Below the pieces are notes generated by a model. The model was not told the DNA's origin. It made no database searches and saw nothing but the letters and a program-made list of their open reading frames with translations. From assembly GCA_000004985.1 (NCBI GenBank), contig GG738880.1: a DNA stretch of 64,000 bases. One strand, given 5' to 3'. Below, one piece after another: positions 48,022-57,556 of the stretch; the stretch's first letter is position 1, and each line of letters starts with the position of its first letter. A program made the translations under genes and the position numbers. This DNA comes from Naegleria gruberi (Eukaryota).

Positions 48022-48420
48022 ATGGCATTAGAGAATGATTTCAAAGATAGTTGGACCTGCAAATGTGGAGCCCTCAATGGAAAACAAGATATTCGGACAG
48101 CAACGGATGGTAGAATTTATAGGATTTGTAATTCATGCAGTTGTACAATAGATGTGTGTATTCCTGCACATGATATAATCTCACATAGATATGTCAATAA
48201 ATGTTGTGGTTTACGACGTTCAATTCCCCGAACAGGCTGTAATTGTACTGCTTACCAACCTGTTAGAGGATTTGAATGTCGTTGTGGACATCATGGATCA
48301 ATTCATCGCATTGCTAGCATTCCTTATAAAACTGGTACAGTGAATACTAAAGTGAAGAAGAGTGAATTGAAAGACAGTGGATTATCTTTTGATATTAATT
48401 CTGTTGACGATCTCCAATAA
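48022..48420 (+). CDS. hypothetical Cys-rich protein (132 aa, 15 Cys; two 'CxCG' motifs)
   Basis: ATG-initiated ORF in good aaaaATGG context. It contains 'WTCKCGALNG' and 'FECRCGHHGSIH', a possible Zn-ribbon. No family recognised. Confidence 0.45.
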   Translation: MALENDFKDSWTCKCGALNGKQDIRTATDGRIYRICNSCSCTIDVCIPAHDIISHRYVNKCCGLRRSIPRTGCNCTAYQPVRGFECRCGHHGSIHRIASIPYKTGTVNTKVKKSELKDSGLSFDINSVDDLQ

Positions 48421-48504
48421 ATTATTTATTGAGAGAGGTTTACAGTTTTAGATTTCCTAGCTTAAATCTCAGTCCATTTTCTCTAGAATTTAATGTCACA
48501 TAAA

Positions 48505-49320
48505 TCAATAGGATGGATTATTTGTAAAGACAATACTACTGTTTGTTGCTTGGAGAGTGGATGATGAATTTGGAACTGAATTATGTATTTGTTTTCTAGA
48601 GGAATTTCCTCCTCGAATTGAGGAAGGCATTTCAGAATAGGTGTGACCATCTGAGGGTGTTGCATCCAGAGCTATACTATATGGAGCTGCACTTGTTGTA
48701 GAGTTGGCCGTTAAATTAACACTTTGAATTGGCCTTTTTCTTTGATTATTTACAGAACTTGTTTGTTGTACATTTCGAATATTTGCATTATCTTTAGGTT
48801 CAATGCAAGGAGAAATTGGATTCTGTGAATCACCAATTGATGGATCATCCAAAAGAAGTGATAAAGGAGTTGCCAATACTTGTTGTGAAGAGAGAGTCAT
48901 GGATAGTTGTGGAGGTGGCATTTGCTGTTTTGGTTTTCCTCCAATCTGATGATTCATCTTATTTGATTTCTCAATTTGATGCATTCTATAAACATCTTGT
49001 TTCAATTTCTTTAATTTCTTTGCAAGTCTCATCTTTTGATTCGAAAGTTTTTCCAAAATGTGATGAATTGTTTTTTCCTTTAATTCCCATTGATTTAAAC
49101 TTGAATTATGATGGTGATGTTGTTGAATTAGAATTTGTTCTCTCTGTTGAAGAAGAGCAGAAAGGCCATGTTGTATTTGATGATAATGATGAGAAGTAGA
49201 ATCAAATGGTTGTTCCGATAGAGTTTGATAAGCAATCGGAGAAGAATTTAAATAATTATTATTATTGTGGCGATGATGATGGTGATTATGAAGAGTTTGA
49301 GGTTGATTATTACTATTCAT
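48505..49320 (-). CDS. hypothetical Q/H/N-rich low-complexity protein with a short basic/coiled segment (271 aa)
   Basis: The track ORF starts at a TTG; the first ATG is at 49320 ('MNSNNQPQTL…'). It contains H4 runs and 'KLSNQKMRLAKKLKKLKQDVYRMHQIEK'. No recognisable domain. Confidence 0.4.
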   Translation of the reverse strand: MNSNNQPQTLHNHHHHRHNNNNYLNSSPIAYQTLSEQPFDSTSHHYHQIQHGLSALLQQREQILIQQHHHHNSSLNQWELKEKTIHHILEKLSNQKMRLAKKLKKLKQDVYRMHQIEKSNKMNHQIGGKPKQQMPPPQLSMTLSSQQVLATPLSLLLDDPSIGDSQNPISPCIEPKDNANIRNVQQTSSVNNQRKRPIQSVNLTANSTTSAAPYSIALDATPSDGHTYSEMPSSIRGGNSSRKQIHNSVPNSSSTLQATNSSIVFTNNPSY

Positions 49321-49590
49321 CACAACAAGCAATTAAAAAGTTTTGTCTTTCTTTGTTGGACGTTAGTTCGAATGTTTGGTGGAATTTTTTTTGTATTGAA
49401 AATTAAATAATTTTTCAAAAAAGAAATTTCGAATTAATTTTCCAATAAACTCTACCTTACCATCAACTTAACGACACAAATGACAGATTTAATTCGGTCA
49501 TCAATAACGTCATCAACTATTTTTATAATTTCCAAGTTCAAAAAATTATCACCACACTGATCATCCCTTGTTTCATCATTAATTTCATTC

Positions 49591-50253
49591 ATGCTATTTT
49601 TCTTTGATTTTATCTATCACCAGGTTTATAAATTTCTCTATTCTGCCTTGGATTTGTTTCTTCCCCAGAAGAAATTTCAGCTTTTGTCATTTGAAACTAC
49701 TTCTAAAACTTATTCTGAACTGATGCAATGTATGCAGTTGGCCTTCCAAAAAGATGACTTTCGCACATTAGATAATCAAAGAGATCAGATACTCAATGAT
49801 ACTGGGTATGGTGTTGAGTTTAAGAATTTTTTTCTGAGCTATGTACAGATTTCTTCTTATTACTATTCAACGGATGATTTATACAGATATAGTATGAAGG
49901 GATGTGCTGCATTTATTGTAGTTATGGATTCTAATACAGGTTATGGATTGAGTACTAGTACATATAGTAGTGTTACAGTAAAAGAGTTAATTGAACTTTC
50001 ATCGGTGGATGATTCTCAATATTCAGAAAAGAAACCTAAAGTTTACTTGAAGAAAAATCATAGACCAATGCTATTCATTCTACGAGGTACAGATAAGGCA
50101 ATGATTAAAAAAGCAGAAGAAGAAATAGAAAAAGGAATTTCTGAATGCCAATACGAAAGGGATAAATATTATATTGCCTATCATGATTCAACTTTGGAGA
50201 AGGAAACTATTTATGAAGGAATGGAATGGATATTATCCAAACAATCTTCTTAA
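49591..50253 (+). CDS. hypothetical protein with a degenerate Ras-superfamily small-GTPase fold (pseudo-GTPase)
   Basis: Positional matches to the G-box layout are present, but the motifs are degraded. 'KFQLLSFETTSKTYSEL' sits where G1 'KIVLLGDSGVGKSSL' would be. 'GYGVEFKNF' sits at the switch I/β2 position. 'YYYSTDDLYRYSMKGCAAFIVVMD' sits where 'WDTAGQERF…GA.G.ILVYD' would be. 'RPMLFILRGTDK' sits where 'P.ILVGNKxDL' would be. 'YYIAYHDSTLEKETIYEGMEWILSKQ' sits at the 'ETSAK…F..L' position. Confidence 0.45.
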   Translation: MLFFFDFIYHQVYKFLYSALDLFLPQKKFQLLSFETTSKTYSELMQCMQLAFQKDDFRTLDNQRDQILNDTGYGVEFKNFFLSYVQISSYYYSTDDLYRYSMKGCAAFIVVMDSNTGYGLSTSTYSSVTVKELIELSSVDDSQYSEKKPKVYLKKNHRPMLFILRGTDKAMIKKAEEEIEKGISECQYERDKYYIAYHDSTLEKETIYEGMEWILSKQSS

Positions 50254-50411
50254 TATAAATTATATTATTATTTAATTATTATTTATCATTCATAAAATCA
50301 ATCCCTTTATTGAGATTGCATTCAATAAACTCATAAATTATCAAATTCCATCATACCATCAATACTACCATTATTATACGTTTCATATATTTCAATTTTT
50401 CAATTCCAAAA

Positions 50412-50780
50412 TTAAGTTTTAATACTTCCTTCGTTTGGAATTTCATAGAAATATTTATACAAAACTCCAACACCTGGAATTCCAAGCAATGCAAGCATTA
50501 TCATTTCTCCAACACTCAAATGCTTCTTTATCATAAAAAGATTTTGTTTAGCAAGTCGGAACAAGGCTAAAAAACTGCCATCATCCACAACCTTTTTTCT
50601 TTCTGCTCTTTGTCTGGCATCTTCGGAAGTAGAAACAGGTGCTGGTGTTGTTGTTGTTTCCTTCTTTGATTCTGAGTATTCTCTTCTTACAGAAGTGACA
50701 ATATTCGAACGAATGGAAATATTTGATGATGAGAAAGATTTTAAACCTTGGGAGGCTTTTTTGATTTGGCGTGCAAGCAT
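50412..50780 (-). CDS. hypothetical small protein with a mitochondrial-presequence-like N-terminus and one C-terminal TM helix (122 aa)
   Basis: First ATG at 50780 ('MLARQIKKASQGLKSFSSS…': basic/hydroxylated, no acidic residues). The C-terminal hydrophobic segment 'MIMLALLGIPGVGVLYKYFY' carries a GxGxG-like motif. The track ORF start at 50822 is a TTG. Confidence 0.4.
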   Translation of the reverse strand: MLARQIKKASQGLKSFSSSNISIRSNIVTSVRREYSESKKETTTTPAPVSTSEDARQRAERKKVVDDGSFLALFRLAKQNLFMIKKHLSVGEMIMLALLGIPGVGVLYKYFYEIPNEGSIKT

Positions 50781-50946
50781 TTTTTTCTTATTTGAAAATT
50801 TCCATATTGAGTTTAAACTCAATAATAATTGGCTAAGAAGATAACATGTTTACAATTTTAATATTATCAGTTTACTCAATTACAATAAATATTTTGTAAT
50901 GAATAATGAATGGTAACACTTGTAATAAAATTCAACGACAAAAAAA

Positions 50947-51494
50947 ATGAATCATCAACAAGGATATTCCTTGCTTTCAATTTTATGTGGAGTAACAATC
51001 AGTCTATCTCTGATAATGCTCCTAACTCCGAATGGTGGTGGGTTGCAAGCTCAAAATTTAGGATGTACTTCTTATAACTTTAAGTGTTGTAGAAATATTC
51101 ATTATCCAGTGATGGCCATAGTTGCCAATACTTTTGATCAATCAACTTGTAAAACGATTGATATCATGTTGAGAGGACAGTTGGCAAATGCTACAGTAGC
51201 ATGTAAACAAGCCTATGTTGAGACATATTGTCTTTCTGCTATTCCTCAATGTTGTCCAAATCAACCAGTAAGTTGACATATCTCACTAAATTAATTTTAA
51301 TATTTTGACAGGTTGTTTATCATGTCTGTGCCAGTTCATGTAGAAATTTATTGAACCAATGTGGTCACCACGTAAATTTTACAAGCTGTGACTCTGCTCC
51401 ATTCTATCCTGAACCTTGCAATAGTGGTCGTGGTGTTTCTTGTGCACAATCTTACAAGATTTTAGGAGATAATGATGAAGAACTCGAACCTTAA
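50947..51494 (+). CDS. secreted Cys-rich protein (signal peptide + ~16 Cys), 2 exons: join(50947..51267,51312..51494)
   Basis: ATG at 50947 followed by the hydrophobic 'LLSILCGVTISLSLIMLLT'. Intron 51268..51311 is gtaagt…tttgacag. Exon 2 continues in frame 'VVYHVCASSCRNLLNQCGHHVNFTSCDSAPFYPEPCNSGRGVSCAQSYKILGDNDEELEP*'. The Cys spacing is vaguely Fz-CRD-like; not confidently assigned. Confidence 0.55.
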
Positions 51495-51574
51495 AAAGGT
51501 AAACTATTTATTTACAAGTGAATTTAATTATGCAATCGATCGTCAATAAAGATAATGGTCCAATCATATCCTTA

Positions 51575-51950
51575 TTAATTCTTTTGTCTTTGTTTAATAA
51601 CATCATTGTATTCCTTCTCCTGTGTCAGACGTGGATTTTCTGTTCCGGCAGGGATCTCACGTTTGAATAAAAGAATATGTTGTTCGCTTGATGAAGGAGA
51701 GTATCCATAATGAACCCATCCTCTGGACATTTGAATGCCCAAGCCTCGCCATTCCTTCTCAGCGAGAAGTCTCTCACAATTTTGAATACATTCTGCCAAC
51801 TTTTCTGGTAAAATTACATGTCTATATTCATATTCATCATCATAATACTATTAAATTTCCGTTGATAAATTAGTAATCAATAATTGTTGTTGTATAGTCA
51901 CTGAAACAACTAACCTTGTCAGAGTAGTAAATTTCGTCCTTGTTGCTCAT
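51575..51950 (-). CDS. cks1: cyclin-dependent kinase regulatory subunit CKS1/Suc1, 2 exons: join(51575..51847,51915..51950)
   Basis: Exon 1 '[12 protein letters not shown]' joined across intron 51848..51914 (gttagt…tttaatag) to '[22 protein letters not shown]…[35 protein letters not shown]…' reproduces the CKS signature 'IYYSDKY.DDE.EYRHV.LP……EWR.LGVQQS.GWVHY…EPHILLFRR'. Confidence 0.9.
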
Positions 51951-52271
51951 TTTTTTTTAATTTGATTATTAATTAAAATTGGGCGCCAAAATTTTGACAA
52001 TTTAAATAATCATTTTTGGCGGTTCTAGCGTTGGAAGGAACATTGAATGTTTTAAATTACAAATCATAACGGTAACATGAAAGAAATTCCATCAATTAGA
52101 GAACTTAATGATGTGTAATATTCTTAACTTGTTGAACAATTGATTTTTAATCTTTCTTGTAAATTAAAATCGAAATAAAATTGAATAGAATGAAATGGCA
52201 GCTTTTTTCATTAATTTTAAATAGAATGAATTTATTTGCACCAAATATCAAAAAACCTTTTTTAAATTAAT

Positions 52272-53225
52272 TTACTTCTTTTCAGCAGCTGGAGCTTCAT
52301 CCAATTCTCTGCAGTATGGCTTTGGAAGATCACCATCTTGGAAAAGGAGAGTCTTTTGTCCACCAAGTGGTTCAGCATATCTACGTCCATTTTGAGAACC
52401 AATTTGTTTTGGATATTCACCCTTCTTCAACATTTCAATAATTTCAATAGCACGAACAGCTGTCAAATCTTCGAAATAATCATATTTAAATTCTGGAGGG
52501 TTAGAGTAATCGGAAACAGCAATCATTGGAGCATTAGCACAACAACCCATACATTCCATTTCTCCTAAAGTGAACAAACCATCTTGAGTAGTTTCACCCA
52601 ATTTAATTCCTAAATGTTGTTCAAGAGTAGCCAAAATATTATCACATCCAGTTATCATACATGGAGTAGTAATACAGACTTGAATGTGGTACTTTCCGAC
52701 AGGTTGAGTATTGAACATAGTATAGAAGGAAACACATTCAAAAACATTTCTTGGATTAACTTCACAGATTTCAGCAATCTTGTTAATAGCAGCCAATGGA
52801 ATCCATCCACCATTTTGACGTTGAGCCAAGTGGAGCAAAGGTAAGATACCAGATTGTTTGTGTTTACTTGGATATTTAGCAAGAATTTTCTTGATTTCAG
52901 CATATGATTCTGGTGAGAAATCAAAAGGAGTGTTAACATTATTGTATTCAGTATCAACATGCTGTAATAATAATAACATTCAATTATAATTGTAGTAATC
53001 ATTTAAAATTAATAACAACAAGAATAATTTCAATAATAATAAAATCCGTGATGAAAAAATTCATATGAAGATAACAACAAGAATAAAATCCACACATTTT
53101 CAATAAAACTTGATTCCATCATCACTACATACCTTGTATTGCAAGAATGAAGAGCGGGTTGTAGAGAAACATCTCTTATTGTTGAGGACGACTCTTCTGA
53201 GAAGGTTGTTGGTATTTCTAAGCAT
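52272..53225 (-). CDS. ndufv2: NADH dehydrogenase (ubiquinone) flavoprotein 2, 24-kDa subunit of complex I (NDUFV2), 2 exons: join(52272..52961,53133..53225)
   Basis: Exon 1 encodes a 31-aa presequence 'MLRNTNNLLRRVVLNNKRCFSTTRSSFLQYK'. Intron 52962..53132 is gtatgt…ttacag. Exon 2 'HVDTEYNNVNTPFDFSPESYAEIKKILAKYP…LPLLHLAQRQNGGWIPLAAINKIAEI…VGKYHIQVCITTPCM…LFTLGEMECMGCCANAPMIAVSDY…YFEDLT' carries the 24-kDa subunit 2Fe-2S Cys motifs. Confidence 0.9.
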
Positions 53226-53450
53226 TTTTATCTTGTTGGTAAAATTTTTACAAGCCTTTGTTTGTTCTTGTCGTTGTCTAGTCAAATATACAAATGAAGG
53301 CTTGAACCAATGCTCCAAATACATCCAAATTTAATTGGAGTGCAATGAGCTGTTGCTGGTGATCCAAGATCATTTAATAATTAAATAATTGATTTTATGT
53401 ATTGAAAATGTAAATTACCTGCTGTGTAAACAATTGGCCAAATAACAAAC

Positions 53451-54818
53451 ATGATTTTATTAGATTTAAAAATGTCTTCACCACAATTGGGCCAATCATC
53501 GGGTGTTGCTGTTGCTTCTCCCACAACATTGCAATCTCCCCGATTTCTACAACAGCAATCAATGATTACCTCTCCTAAACCTACTCTATTTGATTGGATC
53601 AAGGAACATTTATTGTTCATGAATAATTCAACTCCGTACAAGATTAATATTTCAAATATGGGTAAAAGTAATAGGAAACAACTTAATTTTGATAGATTTC
53701 AATTGGAAATACCTGTATTTTGTATAGGGGAGTGCAGTTTGTCAATTCATTTGTTTTATGATGGATCAAGACCTCATTCTCCTTTTGATTTTCAAATAAT
53801 TTCGGATTTGTCATCATCTTATCTGCAGAATTTCATGATTGACTCATCAAAATTGCAGAGTATGATTGAATGGAGAGATTTGTATATTAGATATTTGCAA
53901 CATCATGATGTTTCTAAAGAACTTTGTACATTTACATTTAGAACTATTAGTGAAATAATAGAATTTTTAACAGAATACTACAAGCTTGTAATTTCAAAAC
54001 ATAAGAATGATAATATTAGATTCGAATTTGATACTACTCAAAGTATTGGAGGAGCTAATTTTTATATTAAGGAATTATATTCAAATGATGGAACAGAATG
54101 CTCAACTGAGAAGATTTACTTTCTAGTTCCACTTTCAATTTCAGGCTTAGAAAAAATTGAGGAATATCAAAGATTATTCGATGTAAATACTATTCAATTA
54201 CCTGATTCCAAACCAAAACTACTTGTCGTCTACTCCTATGATAAGTCAAGAGATGTAATTGTTAATGTAAATACAGAAATTATCTATCCAACCAGTGTAA
54301 AGAACAGTAAGAGATTACAATGGTTGACACAAATTCCAATTCCATCATGGAATCAAGGTAAATCATGTATAATTGAATATATGTTAGAAGCTGTGGAAAA
54401 TATTGAATCTGAGGTTGAAAAGTACACTCAAAAACTCAAAGCTCGTCTAGAGTTTATCAAACAATTACTTGCTGCCTTTGGCAATCCTACAGACTTTTCT
54501 GAGAATGAATCTCTTACTAAGATTTCATTTCTAATGGAACGAGACAAGTTTCAATTCTTCCTTCACATTACACTTGAAAGAGAGGGTTTCCCAATTGTGC
54601 AACCAGTGATTAGAATGCAATCAACTCAATACTTTAAATCCTCGGATAGAGTTAAAGATAAATTATTGCCTGTTCGTGTTCGAGTACAACAATTGAACTG
54701 GACAGAAGGAGGGAGTGCTGAAGTGATGACAAAGAACGTTGAACAAATCCGTATTCAAGTTCTGGCCTTGTTGGGCGAATTTATCAAAGTTTGCCAATCG
54801 GAAGGAACAAGCCAATAA
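53451..54818 (+). CDS. BRE/BABAM2-like protein (BRISC and BRCA1-A complex member 2 homologue; tandem UEV-like domains)
   Basis: 'NFDRFQLEIPVFCIGECSLSIHLFYDGSRPHSPFDFQI' parallels human BRE '[35 protein letters not shown]'. The C-terminal 'KISFLMERDKFQFFLHITLEREGFPIVQPVIRMQSTQYF' parallels '[38 protein letters not shown]'. Continuous 455-codon ORF. The start is either ATG 53451 or the ATG at 53472 ('MSSPQ'). Confidence 0.6.
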   Translation: MILLDLKMSSPQLGQSSGVAVASPTTLQSPRFLQQQSMITSPKPTLFDWIKEHLLFMNNSTPYKINISNMGKSNRKQLNFDRFQLEIPVFCIGECSLSIHLFYDGSRPHSPFDFQIISDLSSSYLQNFMIDSSKLQSMIEWRDLYIRYLQHHDVSKELCTFTFRTISEIIEFLTEYYKLVISKHKNDNIRFEFDTTQSIGGANFYIKELYSNDGTECSTEKIYFLVPLSISGLEKIEEYQRLFDVNTIQLPDSKPKLLVVYSYDKSRDVIVNVNTEIIYPTSVKNSKRLQWLTQIPIPSWNQGKSCIIEYMLEAVENIESEVEKYTQKLKARLEFIKQLLAAFGNPTDFSENESLTKISFLMERDKFQFFLHITLEREGFPIVQPVIRMQSTQYFKSSDRVKDKLLPVRVRVQQLNWTEGGSAEVMTKNVEQIRIQVLALLGEFIKVCQSEGTSQ

Positions 54819-54923
54819 ATAGTTTACTTTATTACTTTTCCAACAAGACAATAACCAATAATTAAAAATAAATAAGAATTGAATTTTATATTTTGAATTT
54901 TTAAATATATACCGGTAATTAGT

Positions 54924-55367
<444 letters not shown>

Positions 55368-55904
55368 TCAACAAACATTTTACAATAAAATATTTCTCTC
55401 TCATCCACAAGCTAAAAACCTGAACCAAATAAAATAGTAATATTTTGATTAATAATGAATATTTCATGAACGAAATTGAAGTCAATTTAATCTTTGAATG
55501 ATAATTCAGAATGAACGTGTGTTTGTTTCTTGAAAGTCTATACAACGTCCCTTTAAATCATTCTCTAAATTTTAAAGAAGAAACTTGAGGACTCCTTCAT
55601 TTCTGTAATTAAAAGAAAGAATTTCAATTTCCAAATTAAAAGAACACAACAGAATAAATTGATGATTCCATCATACAAATTGGTGTTCTATTAAATAATA
55701 GAATTAATATTCATTGAACATATTAATTTTAGGCTTTCCTTCCCGCCATACAGAATGCAAAATTCAAAAAAATTGCTCCACATTTTTGTTCGTCATCATC
55801 ACGACCCGATTTTTGGAATAATTACTCATCAATTCACTGCACGAGTTTTATAAATCGGATTATTCCTGCTACAACATAGTTAATAGTAGAGTTGATTTAT
55901 CGGA

Positions 55905-57551
55905 ATGTTTGATTTTTTAAAAAGATTTCTTCCAACAAGCCTTGGTGGAAACGTCACGCAAGAACCTATCAACAAGAGAAAGAGAGAGGATATGGCTGCA
56001 GACCAACATGATGAATTTGCTAATAATAATAATAACAATACAAAGAAAACAAAGCCAAACATACCAGAAATGCCAATAACGACAACAACATCAGAAAACA
56101 ACAAATTACCAAATACTACTCAACAAGTTAAGGATAGTAAAAAGGAAGAATCGAGTGAACTAGCAATATTCTTGAAAAAACAACAAGAAACGGAAAACCA
56201 AATAATACCTATACGATCCCATAAGAAGAAGAATGTGAAAAAAGCAAAATCTAAATTAATTTCCGAAAAACCAATACTAACAGATGAAGTAATTGTTTTG
56301 GATGATGACGAAGATGATTTGAAACATGCTTACAAAAAGTTAGATGGAAATCTTGTGAATGAAAAGTATATTCAAAACCACAGTGAGGCTATTCATACTA
56401 AGCTTAACACTCAACAAAAGGTCAATTCCGAAATCAAAGTTCCACATATGCCAGTGGGAGGAATGGTTACAGAAAAGAAGAATGAAAAGAAAGTAGAATC
56501 GGTACCTATTCGTGTACAACCAAAACCACCTATAATTATTTCTAGAAAGCTTTTCAACAATAAGGATAAGGGTCCAACACTCTTTAGAGGAGATCAAGTT
56601 GATAGATTAACATCAAAGTTGGATTCAATTTTATCATTGAAGGAAAAATCAGAGGAAACTAGAATCACTAGATCTTTCATTGAAAAGGAGGCCATAAATA
56701 GAGCATCATCTAAGATTATTTCAATACTTTGTAAAGAGCTTTTGGGAGAGGAAGCAAAAAAACTTCATGCTGATTCACTACCACAAGCAGTGTATAACAA
56801 ATTAGTTTCTGAAATTATTACAGAGACTGTTGCTAAGGAAAAAGAGACTTTCCCACTATCAGAAAGAGACAGGAATTTTGTGGCACAAATTTTCCGAGAT
56901 GCACACAAAAAACCTCAAGAAGTTCTTGTACTTAAATTCAATATTGACATTACTAGAGCTAAAATTCAATGTCTTAATGGACTTGAATGGCTAAATGATG
57001 AAGTAATCAACTTTTATCTCAACATGGTCAAAGAAAGAAGTGAAAAGAATCCAGACAAGTATCCTAAAATCCATGTTTTCAACACATTTTTCTATGCCAA
57101 GTTGACTGGTGAACATAATAACACTTATAATTATAGTGCTGTGAGAAGGTGGACCAAGAAAATTGATCTTTTAGAATATGATAAGATTATTATTCCTATC
57201 CACTTGTCAGTTCACTGGACTCTTGCAATAATTAATTTGAGAGATAGCAAATTTGAATTTTTTGATTCAATGAATGGTCATAGAACAGGTATGAAGGTAT
57301 TACAAAATTTGGAAAAATACTTAGTTGACGAGATTAAAGACAAGAAGGGTGTTACATACGAAACGTCTTCTTGGGAGAAGAGTATGCCACCAGTTCCTCA
57401 ACAAGCAAATGGATCAGATTGTGGAGTTTTCACTTGTAAATTTGCCAATTATGCTGCCCAAGATTTGCCATTTTCCTTTTCACAAAAACACATGCGTTAT
57501 TTTAGAGATAGAATGGTTTTGGAGATTGTTAGAGCTAAAGAATTACTATAA
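55905..57551 (+). CDS. Ulp1/SENP-family SUMO-specific cysteine protease (peptidase C48)
   Basis: The C-terminal catalytic domain has 'LNDEVINFYLNMV', 'IIIPIHLSVHWTLAIIN' (His), 'FFDSMNG' (Asp) and 'QQANGSDCGVFTCKFANYAA' (Cys). The N-terminal ~300 aa are low complexity (N6 tract, K-rich). Confidence 0.9.
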   Translation: MFDFLKRFLPTSLGGNVTQEPINKRKREDMAADQHDEFANNNNNNTKKTKPNIPEMPITTTTSENNKLPNTTQQVKDSKKEESSELAIFLKKQQETENQIIPIRSHKKKNVKKAKSKLISEKPILTDEVIVLDDDEDDLKHAYKKLDGNLVNEKYIQNHSEAIHTKLNTQQKVNSEIKVPHMPVGGMVTEKKNEKKVESVPIRVQPKPPIIISRKLFNNKDKGPTLFRGDQVDRLTSKLDSILSLKEKSEETRITRSFIEKEAINRASSKIISILCKELLGEEAKKLHADSLPQAVYNKLVSEIITETVAKEKETFPLSERDRNFVAQIFRDAHKKPQEVLVLKFNIDITRAKIQCLNGLEWLNDEVINFYLNMVKERSEKNPDKYPKIHVFNTFFYAKLTGEHNNTYNYSAVRRWTKKIDLLEYDKIIIPIHLSVHWTLAIINLRDSKFEFFDSMNGHRTGMKVLQNLEKYLVDEIKDKKGVTYETSSWEKSMPPVPQQANGSDCGVFTCKFANYAAQDLPFSFSQKHMRYFRDRMVLEIVRAKELL

Positions 57552-57556
57552 ATTAT

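Noticed and set aside
48816-49199. 127-aa plus-strand ORF antisense to the Q/H-rich gene
   Set aside because: It is the antisense reading of a low-complexity coding region, has no start context or homology, and overlaps the better-supported minus-strand ORF entirely.
49380-49590. Possible upstream exon for the pseudo-GTPase gene (short ATG ORF 'MTDLIRSSITSS…' near 49470 and a 'ccccag' acceptor-like site at ~49665)
   Set aside because: No usable GT donor keeps the frame, and the ATG at 49591 already gives an uninterrupted ORF covering all recognisable fold elements.
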